Part shown: in pieces, positions 19,632 through 29,695 of the stretch | How the letters are laid out: each line of letters starts with the position of its first letter | Numbering within the stretch: the first letter of the stretch is position 1 | DNA from: Chloroflexota bacterium | Lineage (GTDB): Bacteria; Chloroflexota; Dehalococcoidia; UBA2979 | DNA: 64,000 nucleotides | Direction of reading: 5' to 3' | Assembly: GCA_003228125.1 (NCBI GenBank) | Contig: QGNP01000004.1 | Coordinates: 4,559 to 68,558, forward strand | Notes under the pieces: model-generated | What the model saw: the letters and a program-made list of their open reading frames with translations, nothing else | Database searches by the model: none | What the model was told of the DNA's origin: nothing | Position numbers and translations under genes: made by a program

Positions 19632-20699
19632 TTGAAGTTAAAGAAAATATTCAAATTAATTAGCGCCTCATTTACTTTTTTGTTTGTAACTGGGTGCTCC
19701 TCATGGCAATCTGATCCTCAAACAACCGTTAACCCAAAATCTGACATGGCTAATATAATTCAAGATCTTTATGTTCTTGTTTTTTGGCTTGCAGTAGTAG
19801 TTTTTATATTTGTTATGGGTGCAATTCTTTTTGTATCTATTAAATTTCGTGAACGACCAGATAGAAAAGCTCAACAATTTCATGGTAATACAAAATTGGA
19901 AATCATATGGACATTAATTCCAATTTTAATTTTATTAACAATTTTTATACCAACTGCATCAGCAATTCCAAAAATAAAATCTGATGCACCTATGAATGCT
20001 ATGCAAATCGATGTCACTGGTAAACAATGGTGGTTTGAATTTAAATATCCAGATCATGATATTACAGTTGCAAATGAGATTCATATCCCTGTTAATAAAG
20101 CAGTGAATTTTAACCTTGCTTCATCAGATGTAATTCATGCCTTTTGGATTCCGCAATTAGGCGGCAAAGTTGACATGGTTCCTGGTCATTTAAATAAAAT
20201 GTGGTTTACTCCAAACGAAGCTAGAGAAGAGGCATATCTAGGCCAATGTACTGAATTTTGTGGAACTTCTCATGCAAATATGTTGTTTCGAGTATTTGTT
20301 GATGAGCAAGAGGATTTTGATAAATGGGTTTTATTACAGCAAAAATCTGCCAATGCAGCTATAAGTGAATTGGCCAAAAAAGGCGAAGAATTAGTTTTAA
20401 AAAATCCAGCATTTATAACTGATAATGGCACTGCTTTGGGCTGTGCAACATGTCATAAAATAGAAGGGACATCAGCAATGGGAATGATTGCGCCCAATTT
20501 AACTCATATAGCAAGCAGAACGACATTTGCAGCAGGCAGATACGATATCAATAGAGAAAATTTGATTAAGTGGATATCTAATCCTAGTCAAATGAAACCT
20601 GGAGTTAGTGAAAGAACTGGCGGGATGCCAATATATGAAAACTATCTTACTTCTGAACAAATTGAAGCAATCGTAGCTTATTTACTAGAATTAAAATAG
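19632..20699 (+). CDS. coxB: Cytochrome c oxidase subunit II with fused C-terminal cytochrome c (caa3-type)
   Basis: Lipobox-like FVTGC, LEIIWT, VTGKQWWFEF, DVIHAFW, CuA motif CTEFCGTSHANM, heme c motif CATCH and distal Met; TTG start. Confidence 0.97.
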   Translation: MKLKKIFKLISASFTFLFVTGCSSWQSDPQTTVNPKSDMANIIQDLYVLVFWLAVVVFIFVMGAILFVSIKFRERPDRKAQQFHGNTKLEIIWTLIPILILLTIFIPTASAIPKIKSDAPMNAMQIDVTGKQWWFEFKYPDHDITVANEIHIPVNKAVNFNLASSDVIHAFWIPQLGGKVDMVPGHLNKMWFTPNEAREEAYLGQCTEFCGTSHANMLFRVFVDEQEDFDKWVLLQQKSANAAISELAKKGEELVLKNPAFITDNGTALGCATCHKIEGTSAMGMIAPNLTHIASRTTFAAGRYDINRENLIKWISNPSQMKPGVSERTGGMPIYENYLTSEQIEAIVAYLLELK

Positions 20700-20720
20700 C
20701 TAATAATAAGGAGTTTATAA

Positions 20721-22520
20721 ATGACGACAGCCATCCCTTTGCATGCTAAGCAAGAGAGTAACACAGGCGTATGGGCTTGGTTAACAACAGTAGATCACAA
20801 AAAAATAGGTACTTTATATGGAATAAGTGGAGTTATTTTCTTTATTTTAGCTGGCTTTGAAGCTTTATTAATTCGAACGCAACTTGCATCACCTAATGGG
20901 ACAATCATAGATGCTAATACTTATAATCAGTTATTTACAATGCATGCTTTAATGATGATTTTTCTAGGCGTTATGCCAATGGGCGCTGCTTTCTTTAATT
21001 GGTTAGTTCCTTTAATGATTGGAGCTAGAGATGTGGCATTTCCTAGATTGAATGCTCTATCATATTGGACGTTTTTGTCCGGCGCACTGCTATTAACATC
21101 AAGCTGGATATTTGGAGAAGCTCCTGATGTTGGCTGGTTTGCTTATGCTCCTTTGACTGAAAAAGCGTACACAATTAGTAAGTCAATGGATTTTTATGCC
21201 GTAGGGCTTATTCTTCTTGGCGTTGCCTCAACAATTGCATCTTTAAATTTTATTGTTACTATTATTAATTTTCGAGCACCAGGTATGAGCTGGTTTAGAC
21301 TTCCAATTTTTGTCTGGATGATTTTTGTAGTAGCATGGCTACTTGTACTTTCTCTGCCTGTTTTGACAATAGGCCTTGTGCAAATATACTTTGACAGAAA
21401 TTTTGAAACAAATTTTTTTAATCCAATGGGTGGAGGAGACCCATTATTATGGCAACATCTTTTTTGGATTTTTGGCCATCCCGAAGTATATGTATTAATT
21501 CTTCCTTCAATGGGCATAGTTTCTGAAGTTCTTCCAACATTTGCTAGAAAACCTATTTTTGGTTATTCTGCAATTGTATTTGCTGGCATGTCAATTGCAG
21601 TATTAGGATTTGCAGTATGGAGCCATCATATGTTTACAACAGGATTAGGACCTGTTCCGTCAATTGTATTCTCAGCTTCAACAATGGCGATTGGTGTTCC
21701 AACTGGCATTAAAATTTTTAATTGGATTGCCACTATGTATGGCGGTAGCATTCGATTTACTACTGCCAACCTCTTTGCAATAGGATTTTTAGCTTTGTTT
21801 ACAATCGGTGGTATATCTGGAGTCATGCATGCATCTCCACCAATTGATACTCAACAGCAAGACAGTTATTTTGTTGTAGCGCATATTCATTATGTTTTGT
21901 TTGGTGGAGCTGTTTTTGGACTTTTTTCTGGATTTTATTATTGGTGGCCAAAGTTTTTTGGTAGATTTCTTGATGAGGGATTAGGGAAAGTGCAGTTTTG
22001 GTTATTTTTTATAGGAATGAATCTTACTTTTTTCCCAATGCATTTTCTTGGCGTTCAAGGCATGCCGAGAAGAATCTATAGATATGATGCTGACTTAGGT
22101 TGGGATACTTGGAACCAAGTTGCAACCTTTGGCTCTTATATGCTTGCAATTGGAATGTTAGTTTTTCTTTATGCCGTATGGAAAGCATATAAAACTGAAC
22201 CAAATGCACCTGATAATCCTTGGGATGCTCCAGGTTTAGAATGGGCTACGTCTTCGCCTCCACCTGAACATGATTTTGACGTAATACCGATAGTCAGAGC
22301 ACGGGATCCATTGTGGTATAATAGAGATAATAATATAGTTCAAGAGGACACTAAAGAAGCCCATATACACTTACCTCCTCCTTCTTATTATCCTTTATTG
22401 ATCTCTATAGGTCTTTTAATTGGTGGAATTGGTTTATTGAGTACGTTAGTTATTTCATTTATGGGAATTTTGTTAGCATTTTATGGAATTTGGGGATGGG
22501 TTTTAGAGCCAACTGATTAA
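20721..22520 (+). CDS. coxA: Cytochrome c oxidase subunit I (type A1)
   Basis: TTVDHKKIG, FTMHAL, ARDVAFPRLN (D channel), FGHPEVY, WSHHM, GIKIF (K channel), VAHIHYV; two extra C-terminal TM helices. Confidence 0.99.
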   Translation: MTTAIPLHAKQESNTGVWAWLTTVDHKKIGTLYGISGVIFFILAGFEALLIRTQLASPNGTIIDANTYNQLFTMHALMMIFLGVMPMGAAFFNWLVPLMIGARDVAFPRLNALSYWTFLSGALLLTSSWIFGEAPDVGWFAYAPLTEKAYTISKSMDFYAVGLILLGVASTIASLNFIVTIINFRAPGMSWFRLPIFVWMIFVVAWLLVLSLPVLTIGLVQIYFDRNFETNFFNPMGGGDPLLWQHLFWIFGHPEVYVLILPSMGIVSEVLPTFARKPIFGYSAIVFAGMSIAVLGFAVWSHHMFTTGLGPVPSIVFSASTMAIGVPTGIKIFNWIATMYGGSIRFTTANLFAIGFLALFTIGGISGVMHASPPIDTQQQDSYFVVAHIHYVLFGGAVFGLFSGFYYWWPKFFGRFLDEGLGKVQFWLFFIGMNLTFFPMHFLGVQGMPRRIYRYDADLGWDTWNQVATFGSYMLAIGMLVFLYAVWKAYKTEPNAPDNPWDAPGLEWATSSPPPEHDFDVIPIVRARDPLWYNRDNNIVQEDTKEAHIHLPPPSYYPLLISIGLLIGGIGLLSTLVISFMGILLAFYGIWGWVLEPTD

Positions 22521-22538
22521 ACAAATTAGGGAGTAAAA

Positions 22539-23150
22539 ATGAGTGAACAGATTCATTCAGTTACTGGAATAGATAGTAGAAAACTATTAATGTGGATTTT
22601 TCTTGCTAGTGATTGCTTGTTTTTTGGCGCACTAATTTCAACCTACCTAATTTTTAAAGGCAATATACCGAACCCACCTTATCCAACCGATCGAATTGTT
22701 AATGGAGAGTTTTTTCATGGCCTTTTAAATATACCTCTTACTTCTGCTAGTACATTTGTCTTGTTGATGAGCAGTGTTGCGATGGTGCTTGCTGTATATG
22801 GTGCACAAAATAACAATTTAAAGATGATGAAAGGTTGGTTGTTGTCTACAATTGTATTGGGAATTGCTTTTCTTCTATTTCAAGTTTATGAATTTAGACA
22901 CTTTCTACATGAAGGCTTAGGACTGAGTACAAATCAATTCGGGGCGTCTTTTTATTTGATGACTGGATTTCACGGTGTGCATGTTGGCATAGGAGTAATT
23001 ATATTAATTTCTTTGCTTTTTGGTTCTTTTCGTAGAAACAGCTTAGGAAAAGAGACTGGTTTTCATATTGAAACAGCTGGTCTTTATTGGCATTTTGTTG
23101 ATATTGTATGGATTATCATATTTACAATAGTTTATTTGATGCCATATTAG
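22539..23150 (+). CDS. coxC: Cytochrome c oxidase subunit III
   Basis: MWIFLASDCLFFG, FYLMTGFHGVHV, GLYWHFVDIVW. Confidence 0.97.
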   Translation: MSEQIHSVTGIDSRKLLMWIFLASDCLFFGALISTYLIFKGNIPNPPYPTDRIVNGEFFHGLLNIPLTSASTFVLLMSSVAMVLAVYGAQNNNLKMMKGWLLSTIVLGIAFLLFQVYEFRHFLHEGLGLSTNQFGASFYLMTGFHGVHVGIGVIILISLLFGSFRRNSLGKETGFHIETAGLYWHFVDIVWIIIFTIVYLMPY

Positions 23151-23168
23151 AAATTTGATAGGATTGTT

Positions 23169-23480
23169 ATGAACAATGAACATAATACAGATAATAACCA
23201 TTTAACTATAAAACAGTATTTAAAAATTGGATTATTGCTAACTGTCATAACTTTTCTTGAATTAATTATTTCTTATATTGATATTGGTTTTTTATTAGTT
23301 CCAATTTTATTAATTTTATCAGGAGTTAAATTTGTTATTGTTGTTGCATATTTCATGCATTTAAAATTTGAAGATATTTTAATTTCTAAAATTTTTACAT
23401 TTGCTTTTGTTTTAGCATCATGTATTTTATTAGCATTAGTTTCGTTATTTATTTACGATCCAAGTATTTCTAATAGGTAA
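23169..23480 (+). CDS. coxD: Cytochrome c oxidase subunit IV (caa3-type, CtaF-like)
   Basis: Three TM helices, LLTVITFLE, KFVIVVAYFMHLKFE. Confidence 0.9.
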   Translation: MNNEHNTDNNHLTIKQYLKIGLLLTVITFLELIISYIDIGFLLVPILLILSGVKFVIVVAYFMHLKFEDILISKIFTFAFVLASCILLALVSLFIYDPSISNR

Positions 23481-23520
23481 TAAATTTTTTTGTACTAGAT
23501 AATTTTTAAGGTTCGAAATA

Positions 23521-24315
23521 TTGGATAGAATCAACAATTATAAAAAATTAAAAACTGATATAATCACATGGATTTCTGACTATATAGATGCAAATAATAT
23601 TGAATCTTTAGTTATTGGTGTCTCAGGAGGAATTGACTCTGCTGTTACATCTTATCTCTGCGCAGAGACAGGCGTAGACGTGTATATAGTTGGATTACCA
23701 ATTAACCAAATTCCATCTCAAGAAAATTTATCAGATTTACATCTACAAGAATTAGAAAATAAATTTCCGAATGTAAATTTATTGAAAATTGAATTATCAG
23801 ATGTTTTTAAATTATTAAAACTTACTTTAGATAATCACAATATCAAAAATAAAGACAGATATTTATTATCATTAGCTAATACAAGATCAAGGCTAAGGAT
23901 GACAACCCTGTATCATGTTGCATCAATGAATTCTGGAATTGTTGTTGGAACTGGAAATAAAGTCGAAGATTATGGTATAGGTTTTTACACTAAGTATGGA
24001 GACGGAGGGATTGATATTGCTCCTATAGCAGATTTATATAAAACAGAAGTATATAACCTGGGAAAGTATATGGGTGTCAATCAAAAAATATTAGAAGCTC
24101 CTCCCACAGATGGATTATGGGATGATGAAAGAACTGACGAAAATCAAATCGGCACAAGTTATAATTCTTTAGAATGGATTATGGAAAATGGATTGAATAT
24201 GCCTTTTGATCAATTGTCAATTCAACAGAGAAAAGATTTAAAAATTTATCAAAAATTCAATAATCAAAATCAACATAAAATGCAATCTGTGCCTACTTTT
24301 TTCTTGAATCAATGA
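23521..24315 (+). CDS. nadE: NH3-dependent NAD+ synthetase
   Basis: GVSGGIDSAV, NTRSRLRM, GTGNKVE, FYTKYGDGG, KTEV, PPTDGLW..DE. Confidence 0.97.
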   Translation: MDRINNYKKLKTDIITWISDYIDANNIESLVIGVSGGIDSAVTSYLCAETGVDVYIVGLPINQIPSQENLSDLHLQELENKFPNVNLLKIELSDVFKLLKLTLDNHNIKNKDRYLLSLANTRSRLRMTTLYHVASMNSGIVVGTGNKVEDYGIGFYTKYGDGGIDIAPIADLYKTEVYNLGKYMGVNQKILEAPPTDGLWDDERTDENQIGTSYNSLEWIMENGLNMPFDQLSIQQRKDLKIYQKFNNQNQHKMQSVPTFFLNQ

Positions 24316-24323
24316 ATATTTTA

Positions 24324-25094
24324 TTAATCTGTATTTTCAAAACTTAAAGTTAGTGCAATTTTGATTGCTCCCATTAGCGAACTTTTTTCTTCAAGCATTG
24401 GTTTTTCTATTTTAATGTGATAATTTTTTTCTTTAATCAAAGATTTCATTAATGAAATAATAGCATCAATATTATTTTTTTTAGCATCAATAATAATCAT
24501 TTCTGAATCAATAATGATAGCAAGATCTATTATTCGTTTAATAATATTTTCAATTTTCTCACCGCCTAAATGCTGCATTGTTTTTATTGATTCTGGTATT
24601 TCAAGTTCTCCGGCCAATAAATTTGCACCATGAATAATTTGATCATCGATTAACAATGCAGCATTATACATATCCTTAAGATCTATGTAGATAATATTAT
24701 GTACGCCTTGTCCAATTCCTTGCCAATGTTCACCAATTAAAGCATTTTTAATTTTGCTTTCTGCACTAATGGGTGAGTCTATATTAATTTTTAAATCATT
24801 AGTTATAGAAAAATTATTTAATTTTTTATTAAATGGACTAGATATAATTTTACCAGTCATCATATCTATGAATCCTGGAAAGGATATGACTATTGCTTTA
24901 GATGATCTTTTTTCATTTTCTAGGCCTAAAGTTTTGGCAATTAAGCCACCAATCTCCCATGACCATGTTTCTGGAGTTATGTCAGCAATGTCTAAACTAT
25001 ATTTTTCAGTATGCGTTATTGAACCATCTGTATTAGCAATGGATATCGCAGTATTTTTTTCATTGATCTCTACAATAATAAGAGCGTCATCCAT
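24324..25094 (-). CDS. ROK family protein, degenerate
   Basis: SFPGFID..TG, ALIGEHWQG.G, HGANLLAGE match the ROK scaffold, but key motifs are altered. Confidence 0.7.
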   Translation of the reverse strand: MDDALIIVEINEKNTAISIANTDGSITHTEKYSLDIADITPETWSWEIGGLIAKTLGLENEKRSSKAIVISFPGFIDMMTGKIISSPFNKKLNNFSITNDLKINIDSPISAESKIKNALIGEHWQGIGQGVHNIIYIDLKDMYNAALLIDDQIIHGANLLAGELEIPESIKTMQHLGGEKIENIIKRIIDLAIIIDSEMIIIDAKKNNIDAIISLMKSLIKEKNYHIKIEKPMLEEKSSLMGAIKIALTLSFENTD

Positions 25095-25198
25095 ATTTTA
25101 TAATATCCTTTTTTCTAACCGTATTGTTATTTATTATTATATTCCATTGTATAGTTTAATTGAAAAGGGTAAGTAAAATAAATTGCTTGTTACATATA

Positions 25199-26092
25199 AT
25201 GAATTTAAAAATAAATAACAATGTGTATGATACTTCTAAAAAACCATTATTAATGGGTATCTTAAATCTTTCTATAGATTCTCCTGTGGCTAATTCTGTG
25301 ATATCAGTGGACAATGCTGTGCAAAGAGCAAGATCATTAATAAACGATGGAGCTGATATCATAGATATCGGAGCTGATTCTACTAGTTCTTTATCTGAAA
25401 ATATTTCTATTGAAAAAGAAGTAGGGATTATAAAAGAAGTAGTAAAAGGCATCTCTAAATTAGGCGCTATTGTTTCCATAGATACTTGGAAACATGAGGT
25501 AGCTGAATCAGCTATTATGGCTGGAGCATCTATAGATAATGATGTAACAGGTTTTCGTGATGAAAAAATGATAGAAATTTTACAGAAAAATCAAGTGATT
25601 GCTGTAGCCATGCATATGCGAGGCATTCCCAAAAAACATTATGAAGTAAATCAGAAATACGAATATGTAGATGTTGAAATTTTTAATTATTTAAAAAATA
25701 AAATAAATCATCTTAAGAATTATGACATTAATGAAGTATGGATAGATCCTGGATTTGGTTTTGGTAAATCAACTCAGGACAATATATCATTGTTGTATTC
25801 ATTGAATAAACTTCGACAGTTAAAAAAACCAATCCTTATTTCTGCATCAAGAAAAGGATTTTTGGGAGACATGCTAGGTATTGGTACTTCACAAAAATCT
25901 AATCAATTATTGGATGCTACATTAATATTCAATCTTTTTTCTTTTTTACTTGGTGCTGATATATTAAGAGTTCATGATGTAAAAAATATGAATAATGTTA
26001 TGAAAACCTTGTACGCTTTAGTTGATTTTATGGATAAAAATGATGAATCTCAGAATTATTATTCTAGGCTTATTAATCTATTGAATCGTTGA
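25199..26092 (+). CDS. folP: Dihydropteroate synthase
   Basis: LMGILNLS.DS, GADIIDIGADS, SIDTWK, DPGFGFGKS, SASRKGF, GADILRVHDV. ATG at 25199 preferred over the TTG at 25160. Confidence 0.95.
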   Translation: MNLKINNNVYDTSKKPLLMGILNLSIDSPVANSVISVDNAVQRARSLINDGADIIDIGADSTSSLSENISIEKEVGIIKEVVKGISKLGAIVSIDTWKHEVAESAIMAGASIDNDVTGFRDEKMIEILQKNQVIAVAMHMRGIPKKHYEVNQKYEYVDVEIFNYLKNKINHLKNYDINEVWIDPGFGFGKSTQDNISLLYSLNKLRQLKKPILISASRKGFLGDMLGIGTSQKSNQLLDATLIFNLFSFLLGADILRVHDVKNMNNVMKTLYALVDFMDKNDESQNYYSRLINLLNR

Positions 26093-26327
26093 GTAAAAAC
26101 AAAATATCATTAATAATAGCTTTTTGATCTTTTGGCTCAACTGGCACTGGCAACTCAGAAAGCGCGGGATTGATTTTTTTTTCAATTATTTTTATTAATT
26201 CTGATGGTATTTGTTCAGTAGTTTCAATGTATTCATTTATGCCTTCAATGTTATATAACACAACTTGACGAAAGCCATAATCTTTTACTGCTCTAGAAAT
26301 TATTTCTGTGATAAATTCTTTATTCAT
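26073..26327 (-). CDS. Hypothetical 84-aa protein
   Basis: MNKEFITEII...LLNDSID; its ATG overlaps the SDR stop (TAATG), indicating translational coupling. The ORF-track start (26393) lies inside the SDR gene. Confidence 0.6.
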   Translation of the reverse strand: MNKEFITEIISRAVKDYGFRQVVLYNIEGINEYIETTEQIPSELIKIIEKKINPALSELPVPVEPKDQKAIINDILFLLNDSID

Positions 26328-27070
26328 TAAGCTAAACTTCCCCCATTTATTTGAAATTCTGATCCAGTTATATAAGAGGCACCATTGGTACATAAAAATG
26401 TTACTAACGGTGCTATTTCATTAGTTTTGCCAGCCCTTTGCATAGGAATACCGGCTTCCCATTTTTTAAATGCTTCTGCACTGCCAGTGCTGCCCCTTGA
26501 TTGCTGTGTATCAATTAATCCTGGCACAACACAATTAACTCTAATATTTTTATTTGCAAATTCTAGGCTAGCAGTCTTTGTCAAATGAATAATTCCTGCT
26601 TTCGTTACTCCGTATGCTGCAGCATTGTAAGAACCTTTAATACCTGATCCAGATGAAATATTAACTATAGAGCCACCTTTTTGCTCCATGAGAGGGATGC
26701 CATATTTACAACAAAGAAAAGTGCCAGTTAAATTTGTTTGAATAGATAAATTCCATTCTAATTCAGAAGTTTCAGTTACTTTTCCTGTTTTTACATATAT
26801 TCCTGCATTATTTATTAGAATATCAAAAACATCAAATTTCTCTTTAATTATTTTAAAAAAATTAATAACATCTATGCTCTTTGAAATATCCATTTTTTGA
26901 AATTCTACATCTAGCTTGTTATCATTAAAAGTTTTTGTTACTTGTTCTCCAAGAATTACATTTCTATCTGCTAATATAACTTTTGCTCCCTGTTGAGCAA
27001 GTTCTTGAACAATTGCTTTGCCAATTCCATCTGCTCCACCAGTAACAATAGCTATTTTGTCAGTCAGCAT
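26327..27070 (-). CDS. Short-chain dehydrogenase/reductase (classical SDR)
   Basis: TGGADGIG, NNAG, SSGSG, YGVTK (YxxxK), IRVNCVVPG, GSEFQINGG. Confidence 0.95.
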   Translation of the reverse strand: MLTDKIAIVTGGADGIGKAIVQELAQQGAKVILADRNVILGEQVTKTFNDNKLDVEFQKMDISKSIDVINFFKIIKEKFDVFDILINNAGIYVKTGKVTETSELEWNLSIQTNLTGTFLCCKYGIPLMEQKGGSIVNISSGSGIKGSYNAAAYGVTKAGIIHLTKTASLEFANKNIRVNCVVPGLIDTQQSRGSTGSAEAFKKWEAGIPMQRAGKTNEIAPLVTFLCTNGASYITGSEFQINGGSLA

Positions 27071-27155
27071 TTTTACCTATCTTCCGATATTTTTTGTATC
27101 ATTTTTATAAACATAGTTTAATATGTAATTGGAAAAAAATTAAGAAGAGAAAAAA

Positions 27156-28727
27156 TTGATTGATAATAATATTTCATTTAACAGTATAAAAAATCTTTCA
27201 AACTTGTTACAAAATAAAGAAATTTCTCCCGTTGAATTATTGGCAATATATTTAGAAAAAATTGAAAAGCTAAATCCTTTATTGTCAGCATATATTACTG
27301 TATGCGCTGAAGAAGCAAAAAAACATGCAGTAATTGCTGAGCAAGAAATTTTAAAAGGTAAATATAAAGGTTTTTTACATGGTATTCCAATTGCATTAAA
27401 AGATAATATTTTTACTTCTCATATACCAACTTCAGCTGCCTCACCAGGACTTAAAAATAATATAACAAAATATAGTGCCACAGCTTGGAACAAATTATCT
27501 GATTCAGGAGCAATATTAATTGGCAAAACTATGTTGCATGAATATGCTATTGCCGCATCTTTATGGTCAGAAGGATATGGTGCTGCTAGAAATCCTTGGA
27601 ATCATTTAAAGACTACAAATGGGTCTTCAAGTGGCTCTGCTGCTGCAGTTGCATCAGGAATGTGTGTTGCTGCTCTAGGGACTGAGACAGGAGCATCTGT
27701 GCGTCGACCAGCTTCTTTTTGTGGCATTGTCAGCATGCTAGGTACTTACGGACGTATAAGTAGACATGGAATTATTCCAAATTCATGGTCACTAGATCAT
27801 GTAGGAATTATGTCTCGTGAAGTTATTGATGCACAAATTATTTATGAAACTATTGCTGGGCATGATGTTAAAGATCCTACGTCATTAAATGAAAAAATTT
27901 ATTCAGGATCTAGTTCAAGTGATGTTGCTCAAATTTCTAAACTGAAAGGATTTATTTCTTGGAAACATATTGAGGGATCAGTTGATGATGATGTTTTAGT
28001 AGCAATAAAAGATGGTGTTAGCTTACTTAAAGATGCAGGTATAGAGATTGTAGAAGATAACATACCTTCACTTGATTATGCAGCACTTACTTCATCAGTA
28101 ATTATGAAATCAGAGGTTGGTGCTGCTCACAGTAGTGCTGTTAAAAATTCACCAGATCGTTATTCTCCTCAGCTAAGATCTTTATTACTGGCTGGTGAAT
28201 CAAATAAAGTCGAAGACTACCTTTTAGCTATGCAGGCTCGAAGAATAATCAATCAAGACATTCACTCCCTTTTTAAAAAAATTGATTTTATTATAGCTCC
28301 AACAACAGCAACATGCGCAACAGATATTGTTGATGGATTTTCTGCAATGCGTGATCGACCATTTGACGTAGGTAATAATTGGCACAACTTGCACAGGCTT
28401 TCATCTTTGCTTGGATTACCAACAATTTCCATGCCTCAATCAATTAATGCATCTGGTTTACCAACAAGCATACAATTTATATTTGGACGAAAAAAAGAAA
28501 AACAACTTTTTGATCTGTCAATGTTTTATAGCGATATTAATCCATGGATTGAAAAACCAAAACTTGAATACAATGAAAATGATTCAATTCAAGAAGCTTT
28601 AATAGATAAAGGCGGACAAGTAGTGCCTGATTCAAATTTTTTACATGAGAAAGCTTTAGAATTAAAACAGTTGGTGAAGAATCCCTTTGAAGAACCTCTA
28701 TTAAAATTAGACGAATGGGATATCTAA
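27156..28727 (+). CDS. Amidase signature family enzyme with C-terminal extension
   Basis: LHGIPIALKD, GKTMLHE, GSSSGSAAAVA, GTETGASVRRPASFCG (Ser-cisSer-Lys triad intact). No gatB/gatC next to it. Confidence 0.93.
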   Translation: MIDNNISFNSIKNLSNLLQNKEISPVELLAIYLEKIEKLNPLLSAYITVCAEEAKKHAVIAEQEILKGKYKGFLHGIPIALKDNIFTSHIPTSAASPGLKNNITKYSATAWNKLSDSGAILIGKTMLHEYAIAASLWSEGYGAARNPWNHLKTTNGSSSGSAAAVASGMCVAALGTETGASVRRPASFCGIVSMLGTYGRISRHGIIPNSWSLDHVGIMSREVIDAQIIYETIAGHDVKDPTSLNEKIYSGSSSSDVAQISKLKGFISWKHIEGSVDDDVLVAIKDGVSLLKDAGIEIVEDNIPSLDYAALTSSVIMKSEVGAAHSSAVKNSPDRYSPQLRSLLLAGESNKVEDYLLAMQARRIINQDIHSLFKKIDFIIAPTTATCATDIVDGFSAMRDRPFDVGNNWHNLHRLSSLLGLPTISMPQSINASGLPTSIQFIFGRKKEKQLFDLSMFYSDINPWIEKPKLEYNENDSIQEALIDKGGQVVPDSNFLHEKALELKQLVKNPFEEPLLKLDEWDI

Positions 28728-29692
28728 ATTTTTATAAGAACTCGACCAATAGCTTTTCGCGATTCTGCATATAGGTGAGCATTGCTTGCCTCTGAGAATG
28801 GGAAAATTTTATCTATTTGTATATTTATTTTTTTTGTTGCGGCTTGTAATAACATTTTATCAACTAAATTATAAACACGATCAAAATTTTTAGATTGTTC
28901 TGCAGCAAGCAATACGCCTTGCAGATTTAAATTTTTTCTTAATAAAATACTTGCATCAATTTTATTATTGCTTCTACTGGCATTACCCACTGAAATGACA
29001 GTACCACGGTATTTTGTTGCATTAATTGCTTGTTCAAGCGATATGCCTCCAACAGCGTCAATGGCAAGATCAACTCCATTATTTTGAGTGATGTCCATTA
29101 TTAATTTTATGGTATCATTGTGAGAATGAGTGATTACGTGCTGTATTCCCATTTTAGTAAGTTTAAGAACTTTACTTTGATCAGACACTGTTCCAATTAT
29201 TGTAATATTCCTTTGTAATGCTAAGCTAGATATAGCTAATCCTAATCCACCAGATATTCCTTGTATGAGAATAGTATCCTCATCTTGTACATTCCCAAAT
29301 TCAAATAAGCAATCATGTGCAGTTGCGTAGGTAACTGGAATACATGCTGCGTCTTCAAAAGTTAATTCATTTGGAATGTGCCAAATTGCTTTTTCTGGAA
29401 CAGATCGTAATGTTGCATGCGATCCTTTGCCACTCATTGCAACAATCCTATCACCAATATTAAATTTTTTTACTTCATTCCCTACTTCTATAATTACCCC
29501 AGATGATTGATATCCAATAATATAAGGTGTTTTCCCAATTGGTCCCATTGATCGAGCCCTTATATCTCCTCCTTCAATACTAATTACTTTATTTTGCATA
29601 ATTATGCCTTTTGGATGACATATTGGGTCAGGAGTATTTTCTAGCTTTAAAACTGATGGATCCCCTGTTTTATAACAAACTATAGATTGCAT
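28724..29692 (-). CDS. NADPH:quinone oxidoreductase / MDR superfamily protein
   Basis: IIGYQSSG, IPVTYATAH, QGISGGLG, GVDLAIDAVGG, ESRKAIGRVLI; no Zn-binding Cys cluster. Confidence 0.9.
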   Translation of the reverse strand: MQSIVCYKTGDPSVLKLENTPDPICHPKGIIMQNKVISIEGGDIRARSMGPIGKTPYIIGYQSSGVIIEVGNEVKKFNIGDRIVAMSGKGSHATLRSVPEKAIWHIPNELTFEDAACIPVTYATAHDCLFEFGNVQDEDTILIQGISGGLGLAISSLALQRNITIIGTVSDQSKVLKLTKMGIQHVITHSHNDTIKLIMDITQNNGVDLAIDAVGGISLEQAINATKYRGTVISVGNASRSNNKIDASILLRKNLNLQGVLLAAEQSKNFDRVYNLVDKMLLQAATKKINIQIDKIFPFSEASNAHLYAESRKAIGRVLIKI

Positions 29693-29695
29693 TAA

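Noticed and set aside
24754-25479. ORFs 24754-25176 (+) and 25156-25479 (-)
   Set aside because: Antisense shadows of the ROK gene and folP.
27156-28727. Calling the amidase gatA
   Set aside because: No gatB/gatC adjacent and GatA-specific motifs were not recognised; left as a generic amidase.
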